33,270 nucleotides of DNA from the NCBI GenBank assembly GCA_016196375.1, contig JACPXU010000009.1, forward strand, positions 1-33,270, written 5' to 3'. Shown in pieces: positions 17,456-25,581 of the stretch. The translations under genes and the position numbers were made by a program. Origin of the DNA: Candidatus Omnitrophota bacterium (lineage in GTDB: Bacteria; Omnitrophota; Gorgyraeia; 1-14-0-20-64-10). Numbering within the stretch: position 1 is the stretch's first letter; every line of letters starts with the position of its first letter. Below the pieces are notes generated by a model, which was not told the origin of the DNA, ran no database searches, and was given only the letters and a program-made list of their open reading frames with translations.

Positions 17456-17961
17456 GAGGCTCTCGCCGGCCTGCCGAGAGCGGCGTAGGCGGCCGCGGTG
17501 TAGGCCCCCAGGAAGAGAGCGGCGAAGAGGGTATCTCCCACGAAGGATCGCTGGAAATAAGGCAGGGCCGTCACGATCGCGGTCAACAGCCCCTGCTGCG
17601 TCTTCGGCAGGACCGAGCATGTCCCGGTGGCCCAGTCGCCGACGGCGAGGCTGAGCTGGAAGATCGGCGAGGAAACGATGAGCCCGGTCAGCAGGGAGCG
17701 AAAGGTCGGCCGGACCTTCAGGGCCACGATCGCGGCGACGACCAGCCCGATCCCGATCAAGCGGACCAGCGTGAAGGAGGAAAGCCCGGTCAGAAGGTCT
17801 CTCACCAGGATCCCCCCGAGCCCCACCAGGAACAGCTCCCTCGGGCGCAGGAAGCAGGCCGCGCAGAGGATCGCCCCCAGGATCGGCGCCACCCCGAGCT
17901 GATGATGGAATTGACCCGCGATGAGACCGGATGCCAAGGTCAACATTGCCACTGCAATCAT
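17452..17961 (-). CDS. Small polytopic membrane protein (169 aa, about 5-6 TM), function unknown
   Basis: The sequence MIAVAMLTLASGLIAGQF...GAYTAAAYAAL is hydrophobic throughout. ATG 17961 overlaps the tonB stop (ATGA). The upstream part of the track ORF is a Gly/Pro/Arg-rich artefact. Confidence 0.7.
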   Translation of the reverse strand: MIAVAMLTLASGLIAGQFHHQLGVAPILGAILCAACFLRPRELFLVGLGGILVRDLLTGLSSFTLVRLIGIGLVVAAIVALKVRPTFRSLLTGLIVSSPIFQLSLAVGDWATGTCSVLPKTQQGLLTAIVTALPYFQRSFVGDTLFAALFLGAYTAAAYAALGRPARAS

Positions 17962-18548
17962 TGCCTTCCCTCCTCTTTGGACAACTGAAATCTGACCGGT
18001 ATCTCCATTGGGGAGCCGACCGCCTGACCCTGCTTGCGGGCCGGGAGGAAACTCCACCGGCGGATGGCCGCCAGGGCCGCCTCGTCCAGCGAGGGGTAAC
18101 CGGAACTCCGGGCCACCTGAACCGAACCGGCCTGACCGGCCGGCGTCACCAGGACCCGAAGAACCACGGTCCCCTCCCATCCCTGAATTCGGGCCAGCCA
18201 CGGATAGCGGGGGGCCGGGTTCCGCCCCGCCGCCGGATCCCCTCCCATGACGGCCCCGCCGTCATCGGCCCAGGAATCCTGCTGAGGAACACCCCCCTTC
18301 CCCCCCTTCTCCCGAGGAAGGGAAGGTTCTTCCCCTTCCCGCTCGGCGACGGCCTCCCTGGAAGCGGACGGATCCGGCTCCTGGAACCGCCCTGGAGGGG
18401 CAACGAACTCCAGCTCAACAGAGCTCACGCCACGGATCACGCCGGTGCTGGGTCCCGAGGCGAGGCCAATCCCAGCGGCGATCGGCGCCAGCGCGAGGGC
18501 ATGCGCCCCGATGGAAATGAGCGTTGCTCTTACGAGGGACATACCCAC
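17958..18548 (-). CDS. tonB: Energy transducer TonB
   Basis: It has an N-terminal TM segment, a Pro/Glu-rich linker, and the TonB_C motif YPWLARIQGWEGTVVLRVLVTPAGQAGSVQVARSSGYPSLDEAALAAIRRWSFLPA. Confidence 0.88.
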   Translation of the reverse strand: MGMSLVRATLISIGAHALALAPIAAGIGLASGPSTGVIRGVSSVELEFVAPPGRFQEPDPSASREAVAEREGEEPSLPREKGGKGGVPQQDSWADDGGAVMGGDPAAGRNPAPRYPWLARIQGWEGTVVLRVLVTPAGQAGSVQVARSSGYPSLDEAALAAIRRWSFLPARKQGQAVGSPMEIPVRFQLSKEEGRQ

Positions 18549-19225
18549 TTCATGACCAGCATCGAGACCATCCCCACAATCACCAGCAGGATCACCTTCC
18601 AGTTGAATCTCCGGTGCGCCTCGGGGAGAAGGTCCCCCGCCCCAATATAGATGAAGTCACCCGCGATGAAGGCCAGCATCTTCTGCTGGAACCCGGGAGG
18701 GATCAGCTGGGCCAAGACCGCCCCGACCGGATAGAGCAGGCCGGCCAGGCCGAGGGCCAGAAGCATCCTCCTTAAGCCCCACTTCGCCTCCCGCATGATC
18801 AGGGCCGAGGTCATCCCCTGGGGGATCTCGTGGAGAACCACCGCCAGGGTGATCGCCACCCCCAGCAGAGGATTGATCCTGTAGCCGACCATGATTCCGG
18901 CCCCATCGGTGACGTTGTCCAGGGCCATCCCGAGAACCGCGACGGGGCCGATCTCGTGCGTGTCGCACTCCTTCTCACCGCAGGCGTGGATCATCATCAG
19001 CTTCTCCAGCAGGTAGAAGGTCATGAAGCCGAGCGCCAGGAAGAGGGAGCTGGACTTCAGATCCACCTCGGGGAGGATGTGGAAGAAGGTGGCCGCCAGG
19101 AGGACCCCGGCGGCGAAGGCGATGATGTAGCGGGGCTGAATCCTGCCGGCCCATCTCTGCAGGGCGAACCACCCCGCCAGAAGATCAAAGGATCCCGCGA
19201 CGATCGCGCAGAGATAACCGACCAA
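18530..19225 (-). CDS. ZIP family divalent-metal transporter (ZupT-like)
   Basis: It carries LDNVTDGAG and VVLHEIPQGMTS, the ZIP signature helices, and is multi-TM at 231 aa. Confidence 0.85.
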   Translation of the reverse strand: MVGYLCAIVAGSFDLLAGWFALQRWAGRIQPRYIIAFAAGVLLAATFFHILPEVDLKSSSLFLALGFMTFYLLEKLMMIHACGEKECDTHEIGPVAVLGMALDNVTDGAGIMVGYRINPLLGVAITLAVVLHEIPQGMTSALIMREAKWGLRRMLLALGLAGLLYPVGAVLAQLIPPGFQQKMLAFIAGDFIYIGAGDLLPEAHRRFNWKVILLVIVGMVSMLVMKWVCPS

Positions 19226-19245
19226 GACGCAAACCCCCCAGCCCG

Positions 19246-19641
19246 CTATTCAGCGGGAAGAGTCGTGATCCTCACCCGGGAAAGCCCGGCCCCCCGGCAG
19301 AGGTCCCACAGCTCGACCAGCTTTTCCACCCGCGCCTCCCGATCCGACCGGATCAGGATGGACCGGTCCTTATCCAAACCCGCCAGCGTCTGCCGCAATT
19401 GGCCCAGCGTCACCTCTGTGCCATTATAGTAGAGGGCGTGGTACTTCGTTAGTGTAATGATGGGGCTGGAGCCGGTCAACTCCTGACCGGTCCCCGCCTT
19501 CGGGAGATTCACCTCCACCCCCTGCTCGAGAAGCGGGGCCGCCACCATGAAGATCACGAGCAAGACCAGCGTGACATCCACCAGAGGGGTCACGTTGATC
19601 TCGGAAACCGGCGCGAAGCTCATCGAACCTTCCGCTCTCAT
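19246..19641 (-). CDS. exbD: Biopolymer transport protein ExbD/TolR
   Basis: It carries INVTPLVDVTLVLLVIFMV, has a single TM segment, is 131 aa, and lies directly downstream of exbB. Confidence 0.9.
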   Translation of the reverse strand: MRAEGSMSFAPVSEINVTPLVDVTLVLLVIFMVAAPLLEQGVEVNLPKAGTGQELTGSSPIITLTKYHALYYNGTEVTLGQLRQTLAGLDKDRSILIRSDREARVEKLVELWDLCRGAGLSRVRITTLPAE

Positions 19642-19642
19642 C

Positions 19643-20275
19643 TCACGCCACCTCCTTGGCGAAAAGATCCTTCAGTTCCTCCGAGAAGCTCTCCGTCTGG
19701 AGCATGATCCGCCTGGCCCAGGCGAGATAGCTGTTGTAGGCGACCACCGCCGGGATGGCCGCCGCCAAGCCGGCGGCCGTCGTGATCAGCGCCTCGGCGA
19801 TCCCCGGAGCGACCACCGCCAGCGAAGCGGACCCCGCCGCCCCGATCCCCCGGAAGGCGTTGATGATCCCCCAGACCGTCCCGAGGAGACCGATGAAGGG
19901 GGCCGCGGAACCGGTGACGGCGAGGAAGATGAGAAAGCCGTGGAGTCTCTGTCCCTCCGCCATCTCCTGCCTCTTCAGCGACCGGTCGAGATGCTCCCGG
20001 GTGAGGGATCCCCGGGGGGGATAAACGGAGCGAAAGAGCCGGGCCAGCGGGCTCACCTCGAGAGCGCGGGCCGTCCGGAGAAGATCCTGCGGGTCTCCTC
20101 CCGCTCTGAAGCGCTCCAGGAAAGAGCTCGACTCCCTCGAAGCGGCCCTGAAATGGCCGTACTTGTAGACGATGACGGCCCAGGAGCCGACCGAGAAACC
20201 GATCAGGACACCCAAGATCAGCTTGACGAAGAGACTGGCGTGGAGAGCCAACTCAAAGGCCGACCCTTGCATCAT
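19643..20275 (-). CDS. exbB: MotA/TolQ/ExbB proton-channel family protein
   Basis: It has three TM segments and carries APFIGLLGTVWGIINAF and GIAEALITTAAGLAAAIPAVVAYN. ATG 20275 overlaps the upstream stop (ATGA). The upstream 95 codons of the track ORF were rejected. Confidence 0.9.
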   Translation of the reverse strand: MMQGSAFELALHASLFVKLILGVLIGFSVGSWAVIVYKYGHFRAASRESSSFLERFRAGGDPQDLLRTARALEVSPLARLFRSVYPPRGSLTREHLDRSLKRQEMAEGQRLHGFLIFLAVTGSAAPFIGLLGTVWGIINAFRGIGAAGSASLAVVAPGIAEALITTAAGLAAAIPAVVAYNSYLAWARRIMLQTESFSEELKDLFAKEVA

Positions 20276-20985
20276 GCCTCCTTTCGAACGAAGTGAATCG
20301 GTTCCAGGATCTCCCGGTCTGACTTCACCTGAACGGGAACCTCCAGGGTTCCCAGTGTCTCGTGCCAAACGTGGAGGGTTTGCCTTCCGGCCGGGGCATC
20401 GGGAATCAGGAACTGGCCGTGGGAGTCGGTGACGGCGGCGCGGCGATGCGGCGTCACCACGACCCAGGCGTGCATCCAGGGATGGATCCCGCAGCGGACG
20501 ACGTATCTTCCCGGCTCCTTGAAATTCCAGGCCGCATCCGGGGCGTCCGCCGCCTGCCACCGGTGCATCAACATCGAGGCCTGCCCCTCCCGGAAGATCC
20601 GGAGGTTGTGGCGGATCGGATCCGAATTCCTCACCTTGAGCTCACCGCCCAGCGGAACCAGCAAGACATGGGGAAGGAACTCGCACCCTCTCTGGTCCAA
20701 CAAGACGGACGGCTCCCTGTTCCTGATCAGCGGGTCCGGCGGCCCTTCCAGCCAGACCACCGCATTGGCCAGACCGCCTGAGGGATCCACGAGCAACCGC
20801 TGGGAGATCTTTGAGGAGCCGCACCCTTGCGTGGAATGCTCACCGCTCTTGGGTTGGATCGGAATCACCTCCGGAGCGGGAACAGGCCCCTTGAGCCTGA
20901 CGCTCCCTTTCAGCTGCGCCGCCTCCGCCCGCAACGGGCAGAGCGAGAGGACCATCGCGAGGACGCAGACCCCTTTACTGTCCAT
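20272..20985 (-). CDS. Secreted cupredoxin-like (amicyanin/plastocyanin-type) protein with a C-terminal carboxypeptidase-regulatory-like beta-sandwich
   Basis: It has a signal peptide (VLAMVLSLCPLRAEA). Putative type-1 Cu ligands are His in DPIRHNLRIF plus Cys-x2-His-x2-Met in RCGIHPWMHAW. The tail is VTDSHGQFLIPDAPAGRQTLHVWHETLG. Confidence 0.6.
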   Translation of the reverse strand: MDSKGVCVLAMVLSLCPLRAEAAQLKGSVRLKGPVPAPEVIPIQPKSGEHSTQGCGSSKISQRLLVDPSGGLANAVVWLEGPPDPLIRNREPSVLLDQRGCEFLPHVLLVPLGGELKVRNSDPIRHNLRIFREGQASMLMHRWQAADAPDAAWNFKEPGRYVVRCGIHPWMHAWVVVTPHRRAAVTDSHGQFLIPDAPAGRQTLHVWHETLGTLEVPVQVKSDREILEPIHFVRKEA

Positions 20986-21340
20986 ACTGGCGATATTCCC
21001 ACCGAACCACGTCTCCCGGCTTGAGCCTCGTCCTGAAAGGGGAGACCTTCTTGGAGCCGTTGACCGAGACCGTCCACCACCGGTTGGCGGCGGGGTCGGC
21101 CGTCACGCCATCGATGGCGGCGGTCTCCCGGGCATCGCAACAGACCGCCCCCCGCTCAACGGGGAACACCTGCCCCGTGAGGATCTCCGGGGTGGCGCCC
21201 CGTTCCACTTGAACGGTCCGATGGACCGGCGGCTTCCCCGCGGGGCCGAAATCAACCTCCAGCGTCGCCTCGAAGCCCTTCGGCCGCGCCGCCGCGCAGC
21301 CGATCAGGCACAGGGCAATCACAGCCGCTCTGACTCTCAT
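20975..21340 (-). CDS. DUF4430 (transcobalamin-like beta domain) lipoprotein
   Basis: The protein starts MRVRAAVIALCLIGCAAA (lipobox) and carries NRWWTVSVNGSKKVSPFRTRLKPGDVVRWEY, typical of DUF4430. The ATG overlaps the receptor stop (ATGA). Confidence 0.75.
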   Translation of the reverse strand: MRVRAAVIALCLIGCAAARPKGFEATLEVDFGPAGKPPVHRTVQVERGATPEILTGQVFPVERGAVCCDARETAAIDGVTADPAANRWWTVSVNGSKKVSPFRTRLKPGDVVRWEYRQYGQ

Positions 21341-23172
21341 TGCTCCACCGTCACGCCGACGGTCACCAGGGTGCCGCTCGCCGGGAACCCAAGCACCTCG
21401 GAGTAGGTCCGGTTCCCAAGGTTCTCCACCCTGACGTACCCCTTGAGATGAGGGGTCGCCCGGTACTGGCCGTAGAAGTCCAACCGGATGTACCCCTTGG
21501 TCTTCTCCCGCCGGTTGGTCGCCACCGACTCCTCCCGGCTGCTCACGAGCAGCCCGGACAAGCGGGCTTCCCACTTCGGCGTGGGGGTGGCCTTGAGGCC
21601 GAAGCTGACGCTGTTCTTGGGGATCCTCAGCAGCTCCTCCCCGCTGGGACGCTCATTCGCCTCCAGGTGGGTGTAGGAAACGTTCAAGGCGAGCGGCTTG
21701 ACTGGCTTGATCTCCAGATCCCCTTCGACCCCGTCGATCCTGGCGTGCCCGACGTTCTGCGGCTTGGAGACGGTGGAGGAGACGCGCACGGTCTGGATCA
21801 GATCCCTGAAGTCGGTCCGGAAAACCGTTCCCGACCAACTGATCAGATCGCCGAACAGGACATGGTCCAGCCCGGCCTCAACGGTCCGGCTCTTTTCCGG
21901 AACCAGGTTCGGGTTGCCGAACCCGGGGAAGAAAAGCTCGTTCAAGGTCGGAACGCGAAACCCCTGGCCCCATCCCCCTCTGATCTTCAAATCCCACGGC
22001 GCCAGGAAGTAGGCGGCGGAGGCGTCGAAGACCTGGCCCGAGCCGAAGGAGGATTCCCTGAAGAGACGTCCGCCCGCGACGACCGTCAGCGGCTCAATGG
22101 GACGCCATTGATTCTGCGCGTAGAGGGCCCGGGTCGTCTGGGTCTTTGAGAAGCTCCGGTTGTCCGCCTCCCGGTCCTCAAAATCGGCCCCCACCGTCAC
22201 CGTGTCCCAGCGGACCGGCGTGAAGCGGTTCCTCCATTCCGCCCCGTACCGCTCCGTGTCCAATTTGAAGAGGCTGTCCTTCTCCGTGCCGCCGTTGGAA
22301 GGATCATTGTCAATCAGGTTTCCGATCTGCGTCGAAAGCTTGAGGGTCTGCGACCACCAGGAGGTCACCGGAGACTCGAAGGTCCCGGAGCCGATCGTCT
22401 GGCGCTCCCGGTCCCGGCGGTTCGGATCGGGCCGGAACGGGCCGTCATCAATGCCGATGATGGCGAAGATGTGCCGGAGGGAGAGATCCACCTTGGCCTC
22501 ACCGGTGAGATCGTAGCCGATCCGGGTGGAGAGGTTCATGTTCTGATAGTCGTCGTTCTGGCTCAGGCCGTCGCTGTCGGTCCGGGAGGCGGCGCCGGAG
22601 AGATGCCATTTCCCGACGGCCCCTTGGAAGGAGCCGGCCTCCCGGAAGGTCTCCTGGCCGCCCGCCTCCTGAGTGGTGCTGAACCTCATCGGCCCCTCGC
22701 CGCGGCGGGTCATCAGGTTGATGACCCCACCCATCGCGTCGGAGCCGTACAGGGTGCCGCTGGGCCCGCGCAGGATCTCCACCCGCTCCAGGTTGTCCGG
22801 CGACAGATGGTTGAAATCGAAGGAGCCGGTGGTGGGGCTGGCCACGTGGACCCCATCCAGCGTCACATGGACCTGCGGCGCGCTGGAGCCGCGGATCACC
22901 ACCGCCGTGGCCCGTCCGGTGGAGCCGCTGCGGCGGACAAAAGTTTCCGGAACGTCCGTGAGCGCCTGGGAGACGAATCCCCCCTTCACCTCCCCCAGCC
23001 GCTCCCCGGAGACGACGGAAACCGCCCGGGTCACATGCTTCGCCGGGGTCTTCGCCTTCGTAGCGGTCACCACCACCTCTTCCAGCCGGGTCGGCTCATC
23101 GGCGGCAACCGGTGAAGGGTCCATGTTGAAAGATAAAAGGAAAAACGCAAGAGGCAGAACGATCCCTTTCAC
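21337..23172 (-). CDS. TonB-dependent outer-membrane receptor (BtuB-like by size and context)
   Basis: A signal peptide follows GTG 23172 (MKGIVLPLAFFLLSFNMDPSPVAA|DE; AAAGGAA lies 8 nt upstream). The plug carries EEVVVTATK, VVIRGSSAPQVHVTLDGV and VEILRGPSGTLYGSDAMGGVINL. A 22-strand-sized barrel follows, giving ~611 aa. An alternative ATG lies at 23220. No stop separates it from cbiA upstream. Confidence 0.85.
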   Translation of the reverse strand: MKGIVLPLAFFLLSFNMDPSPVAADEPTRLEEVVVTATKAKTPAKHVTRAVSVVSGERLGEVKGGFVSQALTDVPETFVRRSGSTGRATAVVIRGSSAPQVHVTLDGVHVASPTTGSFDFNHLSPDNLERVEILRGPSGTLYGSDAMGGVINLMTRRGEGPMRFSTTQEAGGQETFREAGSFQGAVGKWHLSGAASRTDSDGLSQNDDYQNMNLSTRIGYDLTGEAKVDLSLRHIFAIIGIDDGPFRPDPNRRDRERQTIGSGTFESPVTSWWSQTLKLSTQIGNLIDNDPSNGGTEKDSLFKLDTERYGAEWRNRFTPVRWDTVTVGADFEDREADNRSFSKTQTTRALYAQNQWRPIEPLTVVAGGRLFRESSFGSGQVFDASAAYFLAPWDLKIRGGWGQGFRVPTLNELFFPGFGNPNLVPEKSRTVEAGLDHVLFGDLISWSGTVFRTDFRDLIQTVRVSSTVSKPQNVGHARIDGVEGDLEIKPVKPLALNVSYTHLEANERPSGEELLRIPKNSVSFGLKATPTPKWEARLSGLLVSSREESVATNRREKTKGYIRLDFYGQYRATPHLKGYVRVENLGNRTYSEVLGFPASGTLVTVGVTVEQ

Positions 23173-23196
23173 GAGTTGTGTTCCTTTCCATAGTTG

Positions 23197-24627
23197 AGCT
23201 GCCCGGACGAATCGCTTCATCCAGCGCCGGTTGCTGAAAAAATGGAGATGCACATAGGAGGCCACCAGGTTCCCGCGGGCGTATCCCTCGGCCCTTGAGC
23301 CTCCGCCATGAGGGGAGGCCGCCTCGTAGGCCGCCGTCGCCCCATCGGGGAGGCCTTCGGCGACCGAGTGATGGAACTCGTGCCCCCGCGCCCCCTCTCC
23401 GGGCCGGGCGAAGAGGCTTGAGCGGCGGGCCCGAAGCTGCTTATAGCCGAAATGCTGAAGCCGGTCGGTCATCCGGATCCGGGCCGGCAACAACCCGACC
23501 ATCGGGTGGCGCTTCCCCTTCGCATCGGTGATCGCCCGGGACAGGAACATCAATCCCCCGCACTCCGCGTAGGTCGGCATGCCGGCCAGGACCGCCCGGC
23601 GGATCTCCCGATGAAGGGGCCGGTTGCGGCCCAAGGCGGAGGCGTACACCTCCGGGAATCCTCCGCCCAGATACAAGGCCCCGATCCCCCGAGGAAGCCG
23701 AGAATCCTTGAGCGGGCTGAATGGAACGACCCGGCCCCCGCAGGCCTCAAGGAGCTCCAGGTTCTCCGGATAATAGAAATGGAACGCCTCATCCATCGCG
23801 ACGCCGACCGGAACCATTTTCAAAACGTCATCCTCGCGAAAGCGAGGATCAGCTTTTCCTCTTAGATTCCCGCTTGCGCGGGAATGACTGAAGGTTTTGA
23901 AAGGCGCTCTGAAATCTTCAGTCGGTTTGAGCGGTTTTGCACTCCGGGCGATCCGGAGGAGCGCCTCAAGATCCACCCCTTCACGGATCCGGGCCTGAAG
24001 GGGAGCGAGGATCCTCCGCCAGCCCCTTTTCTCCTGGGATGGAACGAGCCCCAGATGGCGCTCTGGCAGCTCCAGGCGTTCGTCACGGGGAAGATAGCCG
24101 ACGACCGGCACCCCGGCCAGCCGCTCGATCCCCTCCTTGACCAGGCGGTAATGCCCGGGCCCGGCCACCCGGTTGAGGAAACAGCCGGCGATCTTGACCC
24201 GCCGGTCAAACCCGGCGTAGCCGCGGACCAGCGCCGCCGCGGACCGGGAGAAGGAGCTGGCATCCAGCACCAGGAGGACCGGGATCTCCAGGGACTTGGC
24301 GAGCTGAGCGGTGCTCCCCTCTTCCCCCGTCGCTCCGATCCCGTCGTACAGGCCCATCACCCCTTCGATGAGGGCCAGGTCCGCTCCCGCGCAGTTTCGC
24401 TGGAAGATACCGATCAGGTCGCCGGGCGGGATCAGCCATGAGTCGAGGTTCCGTGAAGGCCGGCCCGCCACCCCGGTGTGGTAGCCGGGGTCGATGTAAT
24501 CGGGCCCCAGCTTGAACGGCTGGAGGCGCAGCCCTTTCCCTCTCAGCGCGGCCAGAAGCCCGATGGTCACGGTGGTCTTCCCTACCCCGCTGTGCGTTCC
24601 CGCAATCAGGAGCCGCCCGATCCTCAT
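23197..24627 (-). CDS. cbiA: Cobyrinate a,c-diamide synthase; homology ends near 23197 but there is no in-frame stop until 21337
   Basis: It carries the P-loop IAGTHSGVGKTTVT, GPDYIDPGYH, the GATase nucleophile YAECGGLMFL, GHEFHHS and ASYVHLHFFSN. It also carries a ~62-nt palindromic insertion in the interdomain linker. Confidence 0.9.
23827..23888. repeat. Double-hairpin palindromic element inserted in frame in cbiA
   Basis: The sequence is GTCATCCTCGC-GAAA-GCGAGGATCAG...AGATTCCCGC-TTGC-GCGGGAATGAC. It forms two 8-bp stems (23830-23849 and 23866-23885) and has GTCAT/ATGAC ends. It is translated as SHSRASGNLRGKADPRFREDD. Confidence 0.85.
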
Positions 24628-25581
24628 CTAGAGGAGCCTCCCGATCCCCAAACGGACGATGAGCGCGGCCAGAAATCCAAGGAGCGAGCAGGCCACCATG
24701 ATGCGGATCGCTTCGGGGATCACCTCCGGATCCATGGGGCGACGCGGGTCCCCCAGCCGCGGCGCCTCGACCCCTTTCCCTTGATAGAAATTGATCCCGC
24801 CCAACCGGACGCCCAACGCCCCGCCCAAGGCCGCCTCAGGGATCCAGGAGTTCTCCCCCCTCGACCAGGCATCCCGCCGGAAGACCCTGAAAGATTCCCG
24901 GCCGGAGAAACCGACCATCTGCGCGCCGGCGGCGATCAGAAACGCGGTGATCCGGGCCGGGATGAAGTTCATCCAGGAATCAATCCTCGCCGCCGCCCGG
25001 CCGAACCTCAGGTACCGGGTGGAGCGATATCCGACCATCGAGTCCAGCGTGTTCACCGCCTTGTAGAGGCAGGCCAGCGGCACCCCGCCGATCGCCGCGT
25101 AGAAAAGGGGGGCGATGATCCCATCCATCGCGCTCTCCCCGATCGTCTCCACCGTCGCCCGGACCACCTCCTGAGCCGAAAGGGAGCCGGTGTCCCGTCC
25201 CACAATCAGCCCCACCTTGGCCCTGGCCTGCGGCAGGTCCCCCGCCTTCAACGCCCGGTAGACCGGCCGGCTCTCAACGGCGAGATCCTTGGTCGAGAGG
25301 CAGGCATAGAGAAGGCCGATCTCAACGCCACAAGCCAGCCATGGAGAGATCCGCCCGGCGCCCCAGAGCAGCCCCTCCACCAGCCCGAAGGTCCCGAGCA
25401 GGATGCCGCCGACGAGAAGCCAACCGGCCCAGGCCTCGTTTTCGATCCGCTCCCTGAGGAGCCGCTCCCCCCGCTGGATCGTCCAGCCCAGCCCCCGGAC
25501 CGGATGGGGCAGCCACCGGGGATCTCCCAGCCCCAAGTCCAGGGTGTAGGCCAGGGCCAGCGTCAAAGCCGCGGAATCCAT
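24628..25581 (-). CDS. cbiB: Adenosylcobinamide-phosphate synthase
   Basis: The N-terminus is LALAYTLDLGLGDPRWLPHPVRGLG. The protein is multi-TM, 317 aa, and in cob context. Confidence 0.93.
   Translation of the reverse strand: MDSAALTLALAYTLDLGLGDPRWLPHPVRGLGWTIQRGERLLRERIENEAWAGWLLVGGILLGTFGLVEGLLWGAGRISPWLACGVEIGLLYACLSTKDLAVESRPVYRALKAGDLPQARAKVGLIVGRDTGSLSAQEVVRATVETIGESAMDGIIAPLFYAAIGGVPLACLYKAVNTLDSMVGYRSTRYLRFGRAAARIDSWMNFIPARITAFLIAAGAQMVGFSGRESFRVFRRDAWSRGENSWIPEAALGGALGVRLGGINFYQGKGVEAPRLGDPRRPMDPEVIPEAIRIMVACSLLGFLAALIVRLGIGRLL

Noticed and set aside
15840-21574. Long N-terminal extensions of track ORFs (for example 15840-16823, 16547-17620, 17452-18201, 19643-20560, 20975-21574; likewise 3120-4628, 5528-6214, 7617-8807, 29983-30621)
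   Set aside because: The extensions overlap the 3' parts of the upstream genes. They are Arg/Gly/Pro-rich with no family similarity. In each case a start codon sits at a canonical 1-4 nt overlap or just before the conserved N-terminus.
21337-24627. A genuine bifunctional CbiA-receptor fusion protein
   Set aside because: A cytoplasmic amidotransferase cannot share a polypeptide with a Sec-exported outer-membrane barrel. An internal signal peptide, an SD-like site and a GTG start are present at the junction. The missing stop is kept as an anomaly (see findings), but the fusion interpretation is rejected.
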